Assembly: GCF_001194135.2 (NCBI RefSeq)
Contig: NC_069002.1
Span: 5,679,373-5,711,827, forward strand
From: Octopus bimaculoides
Taxonomy: Eukaryota
Direction of reading: 5' to 3'
DNA: 32,455 nucleotides
Below the pieces are notes generated by a model, which saw nothing but the letters and a program-made list of their open reading frames with translations, did not search any database and was not told the DNA's origin. Below are positions 20,725 through 31,015 of the stretch, piece by piece (within the stretch, counting starts at the first letter, position 1; each line of letters starts with the position of its first letter). Made by a program: the position numbers and the translations under genes.

Positions 20725-21649
20725 TATATATACAGTATTTTTAAACACAACACATCTATAAAAGAAGGTATATATATACACACATATATAGTTGAAGAAA
20801 GATTGGATTATATGTGTGTGTGTGTGTGTGTGTGTGTTAGTATTCTATAACATTAAAGCTTATAAGCGATGACCATGCAATGATTAAAGGAAACAGACTA
20901 TGCCCCTTTATTAGACAATTTTCTTTAGTCATTGCACAGAGATCGCTTATAAACTTTAAACTTACAAAATACTATTATTATTATTTACAGAATTGTAAAA
21001 ATCGACGCTGATATATATATATATATATGAGCATGCATGCATCTGTGTACAACAGATAATTTTCTGAACCATTTCATTTTAAAACATGATCGGAAAAATT
21101 TCATAACGAATTTGATGTTCTTTTATACTTTCTTGAACATTTAACTGGAGTAAATACAGCAATATTCGTTCGAGATGCTTACATTTCAATAGCTAAATAT
21201 TCATTATCAAAGAGTATTTCTAAAATATATAAATATATTATATAAATCCTATTGTATATTCATTGTGTGAAAGTATGTCGTCTGCTAGTCTTGTGCAATG
21301 TATTTGACGTCACAGTCTGCTTGACTAATTGAGATGTCAGAACAATATGTCTGACACTATTTTCTAACGTCTTTTTCTGAGAGAATAGAGAGGAACTGCA
21401 CCGCCCATGACACGTGACTGGAGGGAATGGAGTAGGGACAGGAGTAATTCTATGACTGGCAGATCTGGACAAAATTGCTTGCGCCCATGTTTTCATGCGA
21501 TGTCGTTGTGTTACACTTCTGTTTCGGAGGCCTTGGAACGCTTCATAAATATTACAACTGTTCCTCTGTCTAAAAGATAAATTCTATAAAAATACAAAGG
21601 TTGTTGTAATCATTTATCGTAGATTCCTCGATATTGCATTGTATTATGA

Positions 21650-21692
21650 AGTGGTTGGTAAGCAAACTACTTACCACACAGCCACGCATGCG
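21650..21692 (-). mobile_element. SINE family A tRNA-like head fragment
   Basis: Minus strand gcgtggctgtgtggtaagtagtttgcttaccaaccac matches the head at 26241-26277. Confidence 0.8.
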
Positions 21693-21930
21693 TACATATG
21701 TGTATAATTTAACTACTGGAACTTGAAATATCAACAATTCTCGTTGTCGATTCTTAGTCGATTTTTGAAAAATAGAATCTTTTATAGAACAAATAAAATT
21801 GGATATATAATGGTCATGTAGCAAAAAATTTCAATATCTTAACCAATGTTGATTAGTTGGTGTGGAATAGTACAAACACATTATTGATTAACGATGTATA
21901 AAGCTAACGAGAAATAGCAGCGTATTAACA

Positions 21931-22143
21931 TTTGTTTCAAATTTTGTCACACGGCCAGCAATTTCGGGGGAGGGGATAAGCCGATTACATCAACACCAGT
22001 GCCCAACTGGTATTTATTTTATCGACCCTGAAGGATGAAAGGCAAAGTCGACCCCGGCGGAATTTGAACTCAGAACGTAATGACAGACGAAATACCGCTG
22101 TGCATTTCGCCTCGTGTGCTAACGATACCGCCAGCTCACCGAC
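21931..22143 (-). mobile_element. Near full-length tRNA-derived SINE family B
   Basis: Minus head gtcggtgagctggcggtatcgttagc (A-box-like), B-box GAGTTCAAATTCC at 22059-22071, core ggtcgactttgcctttcatccttcagggtcgataaaataaataccagtt, and tail ...ccccgaaattgctggccgtgtgacaaaat. Confidence 0.9.
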
Positions 22144-23191
22144 TTACTGTAACTAATATTAATCTTAGCTCTTTCCCAATAATCCTCAAAAATATTCTTT
22201 CTATTTTTTTTTATAATATTAGTACATTCCCGTTCAGCTTTCCGCTGGCGAGGAATCTTCTTTTGTTATTATGATACATTAAAATTGAACGGCTTCAAAG
22301 ATAAAATATATTAAACGGCAATAATAATATTCACAAAATCAAAAGCAGGAAACGAAATATATTCCATAATACTTACCATAGTTTATGTATTCGTTTCATA
22401 ATGCCCAGGCTTTTCCTAAATTTTGTAAATAAGTATTTTACCGTACACCATGAATATCATTAAACCCATCTTCAAAAAATTAGCGCTGAGGTGATCTGCA
22501 GTTACAACGAAATGACCGCTGCTTCTATAGCTAGTATGAAAAGAAAACTTTCTATTATGATACAAGACTTCATCGGTAACGGTAACAGTATTTTCAATAT
22601 TGTTTATTGTGAATCTGAGAGGGGAATATGTTGAATAAAATCGTAATTTTACTCCTGTTTTTCTTCTTTTATTTTACCCAAAACCAGGTATTCTTCAACA
22701 CCCCCTCGTCAGATCAATGTAGGATCGTCATTCAGAAAATTGCGAATTTTTTACAACCAACTCTGATGTTCTAACGCGCCTCTCCCTCCCACACCTCTTC
22801 CCTTTTCTCACCTCCTCTCTGCCGTTCACGAACCGCTTGCGCCAGCGAACAACAGATACTCGGCTCATACAATTTAATCCATAAGCTGTCTTGAGAATCT
22901 CATTACTTTCTATAGCGATTTTGCCCAGTTTAACACAAATGTTTATTACATAAAGCGAGCTTGAAAACGTCCTGACTCCATGCTACAAACTAGTCAGCCA
23001 TGACAAGCAGCGTTTAGCATAGTTTGTTCAAAGTGTTGTTACATCCGTCTCTTTCCACCTGGAATGCCAAAGGTGGCAGGTCAGCTTATTAGATATGCAG
23101 TAATGATATACAAAAATTACGATAACGTAGAACAGTTATAACTGACTCTTCTAAAAAAAAAAAGACTAAAACCTTCCGGAATTTACCTCGT

Positions 23192-23235
23192 ATGTATACT
23201 CAAATATACATGCATATATATATATACGTGCACAC

Positions 23236-23266
<31 letters not shown>

Positions 23267-23682
23267 TATAAAAGCATATATATTCACACATATTTATACA
23301 CATATTTATGTAAATGTTTCAACATAATAAACATATGTCCGCATACATATCCAGAAATGCATATGTGCATTTATATATATNNNNNNNNNNNNNNNNNNNN
23401 NNNNNNNNNNNNNNNNNNNNNNNNNNNNNNNNNNNNNNNNNNNNNNNNNNNNNNNNNNNNNNNNNNNNNNNNNNNNNNNNNNNNNNNNNNNNNNNNNNNN
23501 NNNNNNNNNNNNNNNNNNNNNNNNNNNNNNNNNNNNNNNNNNNNNNNNNNNNNNNNNNNNNNNNNNNNNNNNNNNNNNNNNNNNNNNNNNNNNNNNNNNN
23601 NNNNNNNNNNNNNNNNNNNNNNNNNNNNNNNNNNNNNNNNNNNNNNNNNNNNNNNNNNNNNNNNNNNNNNNNNNNNNNNNNN

Positions 23683-23719
<37 letters not shown>

Positions 23720-23790
23720 GTACATACGTAGGGGGGAGGCTGTAATTTCTACAAACCTGTATATAAATACATAAACATACATATATAAAC
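23192..23790. repeat. (TA)/(TACA) low-complexity tract around a gap
   Basis: Visible. Confidence 0.88.
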
Positions 23791-24396
23791 ATGGATACAT
23801 ATCACTCTTCAATTCCTCTCCATGTAAAACAATTTCTACGGAAGGAAGCAGACATACTAATTTGGAAAGCATAATCTATTTTTAAAAGTCTTTTATAATT
23901 ATATCCGTTCGTTATCCTGACCAATTCTTATTGGTAAAAACGCTGGAAATTCTACAATATGGCGATTTAATACTAATTATTTCCTTTTGATAGTTTTCAC
24001 GGCAATTTTCTAACAAAAGACACAGACATGTCTAGCGAGCACATTTTTACATCGTTTCCATTGTCTGACTCCATCTTGTTTTTTTCGCCCACGTATTTTT
24101 GTGAACCAAACGACTTAGTAATAATAGTATTGATTGTGTCTGAGATTTGGTTCGATTTTCTTTATGTGTTTGTTTTTCTTTGTGTGTGTATGTATGTGTG
24201 TGTGCGTGAGTACGTGTGTGTGTGTGCATCTGGATTTTTTCTCCTTTGTTGTTTTTTTCTGCTTTGTTTCTTTTTCTTTATTTCGTTCGGTAATCGCCTG
24301 CCAATTGGAGCAACAGCGGTCAATATAGTTCTTAATTTCGACATTCACCTAATAATTATATATATATATATATGTATATACATACTTACATATACG

Positions 24397-24432
<36 letters not shown>

Positions 24433-24928
24433 TATAATATACAAATATTCTATAATTATAAACATACATGCATACATATATATATATATATATATGCATG
24501 TATATATACTTCGTAAAAGATCGGAAGATATAATGTCATCGATTATATAACAATAACCACAATGACAACAACAGCAATAATGGCGGCAGCAGTAGCAACA
24601 GGAGGCGACACAATGCTCGTTTAAAAGACGGAATGGTCACGGCGGGAACACATTTGAGCATAATATTTCTTTGGCGGTTAGTGGGATATTGATCAACAAG
24701 CCATAGTCAAGCTTATGTAATTTGTTTCTGTGTTCGAATCGTATTTATCCCGCAACAAGGGAGCGTCTTCCTCAGGCATGGACAATCTTTTTCTGAGAAC
24801 CGGGCCGCATGGAACATCAGCTGGGCCGCACTACTAAACGCAACCGTCAAGGTAGTTTATCATTTAGCGTGTCATTCAGAGAGCTCTGTGGGCTGCAGAT
24901 TGCCTGTGACCGGTCTACATGGTCGTTC

Positions 24929-25058
24929 ACCTGCTGGAGACAGCAGCCAAGTCTCCCTCATATCACAGCCTACGTCGACCTGCTAGAAATAGCCGCCAGA
25001 TCAGCCTCCTGTCATTCCTTACGTGGACCTGATAGAAATAGCAGACAAATTTTCCTCA
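24929..25058. repeat. Degenerate 49-bp tandem repeat (about 2.6 copies)
   Basis: acctg(c/a)t(a/g)ga(a/g)a(t/c)agc starts at 24929, 24978 and 25027 (period exactly 49). Unit 1 vs unit 2 are 34/49 identical by hand alignment. Confidence 0.75.
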
Positions 25059-25084
25059 ATTTGCATTTTTCTTTGATCTGCTAG

Positions 25085-25187
25085 AAACAAACACACACAA
25101 GCAAACAAATTCACACAAACACACACACACACATACACACAAATACACACGCTCTAACTCACATTCTCTGTCTTTCTCTTTCTCTGT

Positions 25188-25218
<31 letters not shown>

Positions 25219-25455
25219 CTTCTAGCTCTCTTTCTCTTTCACATACACGCACATACACACATACGTAGGCTCACAAATACAGAAACACACATACATACTC
25301 ACTCATATACACAAATACACACGCTCAAACTCACATACTCTCTCTCTCCCTCTCTCTCCCTCTCTCACTCCCACTTTCTCTCTCTCCCTCCGACTCTCTC
25401 CGTCTCTCTCTGTCTCTCTCTCACACACACAAACACACACACACACACACACGCG
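25085..25455. repeat. (CA)/(CT) compound tract with an internal 172-bp-offset duplication
   Basis: cacaaatacacacgctc(t/a)aactcacat(t/a)ctct at 25138-25169 and 25310-25341. Confidence 0.8.
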
Positions 25456-26233
25456 CAGTAGAATATCACCAGATCTCTAAACAAAAGAAACCCACATCAA
25501 AATTTCGTCCACGTCATAGTTTTAAAACACCGCGGCCATATTTGTTTAACCCGGTTCGTCTTCATATTTGTTTAAATCACCTTTTCCACCACCACCACCA
25601 CCACCACCACCACCTCTACCCTTGATTTCCTCCATATTTTATCATAGTTCTCAAAACTATGACACCATATAAAGAAGAAAATTTTTCTTCTCTTCATTCG
25701 AAGCATCCGGTAGCAAAAGAAACAAAAAAAAACAAAACAAAGCAAAGCAAAACGATAACAAAAAAAAAAACAAAAAACAAACAAGCAGTGATTTCTGGCT
25801 CTGTAAACATGGCATTATATTAATTAACGAAACATGCCTTTATTTTTCAAAGAATGTGATAAATAAATGAATGAAAAAATAAACAAAATAAATAATAAAA
25901 ACAAAACTGTGCTTATGTTATTATTTGTTCCATTTTGCATATGGCAGTTCCCAGATATATTATCGCGCGCGCATGCATGTTAGTACGTTTACAGACACAC
26001 ACACACACACATATAAATACACATGCGCACACGCACAAGTATAGTTTGTATATGGCGGAAGTGAAAGGGAAAGGGGTTGTTGTTTGTTTGTTGGTTGGTT
26101 CGTTTTGTATGTTTCTTTAACCCCAGGTCAGCCGTGATATTCAACAGACCTATGGTTGAAGGCATTCAAGCCTTGACTACGATCACGTTCCTTTATACGA
26201 GTGTTTGTTTCTATGTATGTATGTATGTATGTA

Positions 26234-26349
26234 GGCGCAGGAGTGGCTGTGTGGTAAGTAACTTGCTTACCAACCACATGGTTCTGGGTTCATTCCCACT
26301 GCGTTGCACCTTGGGCAAGTGTCTTCTCCTATAGCCTAGGGCCGACCAG
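26234..26349 (+). mobile_element. SINE family A 5' half (tRNA-derived head)
   Basis: GGCGCAGGAG, A-box TGGCTGTGTGG (26244-26254), B-box-like GGTTCATTCCC (26287-26297), then caccttgggcaagtgtcttctcctatagcc. Confidence 0.88.
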
Positions 26350-27157
26350 AGTGCATATATTTATGCATGTATGTACATATGTACATATATATANNNNNNN
26401 NNNNNNNNNNNNNNNNNNNNNNNNNNNNNNNNNNNNNNNNNNNNNNNNNNNNNNNNNNNNNNNNNNNNNNNNNNNNNNNNNNNNNNNNNNNNNNNNNNNN
26501 NNNNNNNNNNNNNNNNNNNNNNNNNNNNNNNNNNNNNNNNNNNNNNNNNNNNNNNNNNNNNNNNNNNNNNNNNNNNNNNNNNNNNNNNNNNNNNNNNNNN
26601 NNNNNNNNNNNNNNNNNNNNNNNNNNNNNNNNNNNNNNNNNNNNNNNNNNNNNNNNNNNNNNNNNNNNNNNNNNNNNNNNNNNNNNNNNNNNNNNNNNNN
26701 NNNNNNNNNNNNNNNNNNNNNNNNNNNNNNNNNNNNNNNNNNNNNNNNNNNNNNNNNNNNNNNNNNNNNNNNNNNNNNNNNNNNNNNNNNNNNNNNNNNN
26801 NNNNNNNNNNNNNNNNNNNNNNNNNNNNNNNNNNNNNNNNNNNNNNNNNNNNNNNNNNNNNNNNNNNNNNNNNNNNNNNNNNNNNNNNNNNNNNNNNNNN
26901 NNNNNNNNNNNNNNNNNNNNNNNNNNNNNNNNNNNNNNNNNNNNNNNNNNNNNNNNNNNNNNNNNNNNNNNNNNNNNNNNNNNNNNNNNNNNNNNNNNNN
27001 NNNNNNNNNNNNNNNNNNNNNNNNNNNNNNNNNNNNNNNNNNNNNNNNNNNNNNNNNNNNNNNNNNNNNNNNNNNNNNNNNNNNNNNNNNNNNNNNNNNN
27101 NNNNNNNNNNNNNNNNNNNNNNNNNNNNNNNNNNNNNNNNNNNNNNNNNNNNNNNNN

Positions 27158-27201
<44 letters not shown>

Positions 27202-27356
27202 ACATATATATAGGGAGAGAATATACAAGTGTATGTGAGTGAATGTGTACGTATAGATATAGGAATGCATATATGCATATTTGTGCGAATGTGTATGTGT
27301 ATGTATGTACTATATCTACATATATATATATATATATATAATATAATATACATATT

Positions 27357-27394
<38 letters not shown>

Positions 27395-27460
27395 AATATA
27401 TATACTGAGATACACACATACACACACATACACACACATATATATATTTGTATGTGTATA
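27158..27460. repeat. (TA)/(TG)/(CA) low-complexity tract
   Basis: Visible. Confidence 0.9.
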
Positions 27461-27561
27461 TAAAAATGAGTGAATATTCAAATTAATATACTCGTAAAGA
27501 TCTTCCATATAAACAACCTTGCTCGGACTTGTGCCTGGGAGGGTAACTTTCTAGGTGCAAT

Positions 27562-28236
27562 CCAAATTGTGTTGAAGAACTAAAACGATGGTCAAAATGT
27601 ACGAAGAATCTTTTCGTTTTCGGGGGTTCCAATGATATGGACCGAGCCTAAAAATTACAATGATGACTGGTACTTTTGCTCGTGTTAGATGCAGGGACAC
27701 AATTCGGTGAGTGAGAAAACCATTGTTTATGCAAATCTCCCTTCTACATTGCGACCTGTTGCTCATGGCGCAAACATTCCACTCCCATCACCGCCAAGAA
27801 ACCTTGAAGACATACATTTTTGACTCTGAGTCAGATGATAAACCTAGCAATGACGATGAAGGCTTCAATAGCGGTGAAGGTGAAGAATCTCAATTATTCA
27901 ACCAGTGTGAGTTAAATGATCTAGCGACGGATTTAGTCCTCGCAAAGCTTTTAGGTTCTTTACTTAAACCAGCAGAGCTTTTAGGCTCTAGACTTAAACC
28001 AGCAGAGATTTTAGGTTCTAGACATAAATCCAAAAATCCTTTACCTTCTCGCGCATCTTTATGTTGGTATCGTAACCGCGAAAAAGAATTGTTCCTTATT
28101 TTGCTCAAGAAAATGGTTTCGGTTTATTATGCAGATAGGAAAGTTTGGTGTAAGTTACAACCCTGATGAATGGCGGCTCTTTATTGACTCTTCAAATAGA
28201 AGTCTTAAAGCTGTTCTACTTCATAATGGCAATAAA
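27562..28236 (+). mobile_element. Chapaev-type (CMC superfamily) DNA transposase fossil, N-terminal region to first catalytic Asp
   Basis: Four frame segments read PNCVEELKRWSKCTK..FG / VPMIWTEPKNYNDDWYFCSC*MQGHNSVSEKTIVYANLPSTLRPVAHGANIPLPSPP / ESQLFNQCELNDLATDLVL..AELLGSRLK..WYRNREKE / YNPDEWRLFIDSSNRSLKAVLLHNGNK. The motif order is that recalled for Chapaev3-like transposases. The transposase call is firm; the family is from memory. Confidence 0.85.
27942..28031 (+). repeat. 30-bp in-frame tandem triplication inside the transposase fossil
   Basis: Units 27942-27971, 27972-28001 and 28002-28031 encode AKLLGSLLKP / AELLGSRLKP / AEILGSRHKS, with 4 and 5 mismatches between neighbours. Confidence 0.92.
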
Positions 28237-28252
28237 CTTCAACAAGATTTTC

Positions 28253-28374
28253 AAGTCTTGGTGTCGATCTGTTCGAAAAAAATGAAAAAAAAAAAATGAA
28301 AAAAAACTGAAAGCATGAAGGCGTTGCCCCAGCTTGGCCGCAGTCCAATAACTGAAGCAAATCAAAGACAAAAA
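28253..28374 (+). mobile_element. SINE family A 3' tail fragment truncating the transposase fossil
   Basis: aagtcttggtgtcgatctgttcga-(A-rich)-gaaggcgttgccccagcttggccgcagtccaataactgaagcaaatcaaagacaaaaa; compare 1006-1100. Confidence 0.75.
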
Positions 28375-28621
28375 CATATATAAATATATATGGATATATA
28401 TAAACCAGAATTTCCCCAAAGACAACAAACAAACAATAACAACCCCAATGGCAACAACAACAATTAACTCGTTAATTGAATTAGCAAAACACTTTGTATT
28501 AATGTTCTGAGACAAAACTATCAAATACAGAAAGATTGCATTTGTCCAGACAAGGTCGGTGACCCTAGTAACCGGTTAATAGTATTGATAACGATTGTCT
28601 CCCCCTTCTCTCCAACACTTG

Positions 28622-28651
28622 CGTATATGTTTATATATATATATATATGTG

Positions 28652-28682
<31 letters not shown>

Positions 28683-28852
28683 ATATAATATGTGTGCGTG
28701 TGTGCATACATATGTTTGTATATGTGCGTGTGTATGTGTGAGTATGAGCGTGCGTGTGTGTCTGTGTATTTATATATTTACATACATATACACGTATATA
28801 TACAAAATTTTGTATGCATGCGTGTATATGTATATAAATATATATATACATA

Positions 28853-28917
<65 letters not shown>

Positions 28918-29090
28918 CATATATATATACAAATATACACACACACATATATATATATAGATACATACACGAACACATATATATACGTATATACACATGT
29001 ACATATACATTCATATATGTGTATGTGAGTGTGTGTGTGTGCGTATGTATGTATGTATGTATGTATGTATGTACGTATGTATGTATGAGA
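28622..29090. repeat. (TA)/(TG)/(TATG) tract
   Basis: Visible; (TA)n at about 28858-28913. Confidence 0.92.
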
Positions 29091-29166
29091 GGTAATGAGC
29101 AGAAATAGAAGACAACATGGGACAAGTTTTAACAAATGTATTAGTTTAATGCTTAAAAAGAAAGAA

Positions 29167-29169
29167 TGC

Positions 29170-29209
<40 letters not shown>

Positions 29210-29235
29210 AATAAAGAATGGAAGGAAGAAAGAAA
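29167..29235. repeat. (GAAA)n microsatellite
   Basis: Visible. Confidence 0.93.
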
Positions 29236-29879
29236 GGAAAACGCGGACTGTTGAGATAAAGCGAGTGGGGGAAGAGAAAGAGAGCAATGGAGTAGGGAAG
29301 AGGATCAGAAGAAATAACTGGGCGAGCAAACCTGGAACCCTTAAATGCACAAGTCCCGTTTGCGTCACATTTATCACTTAATCCCTAACCGCATATTTAC
29401 AACTAACGCCAAACTTCAATTACACGTCATCCCTATAAACGCCTCATATATTTTATCAAATGTTAACTTTATAATGTCTTGTATCCAAGCGAAACCGGAC
29501 ATTGTTTAAGCGATCCTTTTTGCAAGTATGTTCATGAAATTCATAATTACACTCAAGCAATCTCGCAACCTGTAGCCAGATATTTTAATTCGCCTCATCA
29601 ATTCTTTGAATCATACTTTCCTGTCTTTTACATTGCGGTTCAAACTTCAACCCGTAAATACAAACAGACAGGACTAATTTTTTCTCTACACACTTACACG
29701 CCCAAGGGTATTAATTAACGTCTCATGTTATCTGGTTCACCTATACACTTGTTCATATTTTTCCACCCATTCTCGTCACGGAATAGCAACTTGCAATACA
29801 TTCCACTTCTACATTACCACCATATGTGTGATTGTGTCTGTGTGTCTATGTGTATGTGCATACGCTTGCATATATGCAG

Positions 29880-29882
<3 letters not shown>

Positions 29883-29954
<72 letters not shown>
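29883..29954. repeat. (TA)n microsatellite
   Basis: Visible perfect run. Confidence 0.97.
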
Positions 29955-29956
<2 letters not shown>

Positions 29957-30050
29957 TGGTTGTGTGGTAAGAAGCTTGCTTCCCAACAACATGGTTCCAG
30001 GTTCAGTCCCAATACATAGCACCTTGGTAAGTGTCGGTACTATTGCCTCG
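29955..30050 (+). mobile_element. SINE family A 5' half (diverged)
   Basis: gtggttgtgtggtaagaagcttgcttcccaacaacatggttccaggttcagtccca...gcaccttggtaagtgtc; colinear with 26243-26322. Confidence 0.82.
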
Positions 30051-30164
30051 TAACTAGAATGGGAAAGAATCCTTGGCACTCTGGTAAATCGGCAGCTACT
30101 TCCCAATAGGCGTTCCACTTCCGTCTCAGTACCTCCTCGACACTTATTGAAATTTATTTACTGC

Positions 30165-30193
30165 CTGACGAAAGATTTCATCCCGAAACGTTA
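30165..30193 (+). ncRNA. Degenerate minimal hammerhead ribozyme core (PLE-type), probably inactive
   Basis: CTGACGA-aaGAT(TTC)ATCcc-GAAAC-GTTA: both conserved core boxes in register, a 3-bp stem II (5 bp if AA at 30172-30173 were GG) and a palindromic AACGTT helix III. No stem I pairing found. Confidence 0.45.
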
Positions 30194-30344
30194 TATCTCT
30201 CTTCTTCAACTCAGCAACCAGTCTCCTGCAAAATTTGAATAGTATATATTTACCATATTATTATCAAAACCTTACCAAACACATCAGAACCACAGTCTGC
30301 TGTGAGGGGAGATAATTACTTATCCTATTCATGTGTATACAGGT

Positions 30345-30455
30345 GTCTATATAACTATAAATGAGTGTGTAGGGAGGGCATTAGCGTATAAATATGCATA
30401 TGTGTAGGCCTCTATCTCTTTCTGTGTGTGTATATATATATATATATATATGTCC

Positions 30456-30503
<48 letters not shown>

Positions 30504-31015
30504 GTATGTGTATATATACAGATAAATGATATATATGTGCGTGTACGTGTGTATCTATGCACCTATATGTGTATGTGTGTATATAAAAATGCACATATGT
30601 GTGTCTGTAAGTAAAAGTATGTTGTGCTTATACATGTATATGTTATGAACGTGTGTATATCCCATTCGTGTATATATGTGTACCTACAAATATATATGAG
30701 TGTAAGCGTGTGTGTCGGTATGTGTATATATTCATACATAAAAATGCGGTGTGTGTGTGTGTGTGTGTGAGTGAATGAGTAAGTGAGTGTGTTAACGTAA
30801 TTGGATAGACAGAAATATCTAACTGTTAATTAACAGAAACAACCTGCTAGTTAGAGGCAAACGACCCCAAAAGAATGTTGTCTAAAGTTCTGCAAATCCT
30901 TGAAGGCACAACAAATGAGATATATACATATACACATATAATACGCAGACACACACACACACACATGCATATACGTCTCTCTCTCTCTCTCTCTCTCTTT
31001 ATATATATATATATA
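30345..31015. repeat. (TA)/(TG)/(CA)/(CT) low-complexity tract
   Basis: Visible, with a short unique spacer at about 30790-30920. Confidence 0.85.

Noticed and set aside
21260-21496. 78-aa minus-strand ORF as a gene
   Set aside because: No recognisable motif or supporting splice signals.
24929-25058. CRISPR-like repeat-spacer array
   Set aside because: Eukaryotic context, only 2.6 diverged units, spacers partly homologous to each other, and no cas genes.
26117-26178. Additional SINE tail fragment (ttaaccccaggtcag...gacctatggttgaaggcattcaagcc)
   Set aside because: Recognised only from memory, with no clear in-window match to support it as a feature.
27495-27562. SINE tail fragment left of the Chapaev fossil
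   Set aside because: Recalled similarity only; no second copy in the window to verify.
29479-29718. 79-aa non-repetitive ORF as a gene
   Set aside because: TTG start, no recognisable domain and no convincing splice sites; an ORF of this length is expected by chance.
6556-30050. tRNA genes at the A/B-box heads (6872-6935, 22059-22143, 26234-26297, 29955-30010)
   Set aside because: No complete cloverleaf or acceptor stem is evident, and each continues into a SINE body; they are tRNA-derived SINE heads.
14865-30299. Joining the three minus-strand exon candidates into one gene
   Set aside because: Phases are incompatible (0 or 1, then 2) and the last has no open frame; no coherent ORF results.
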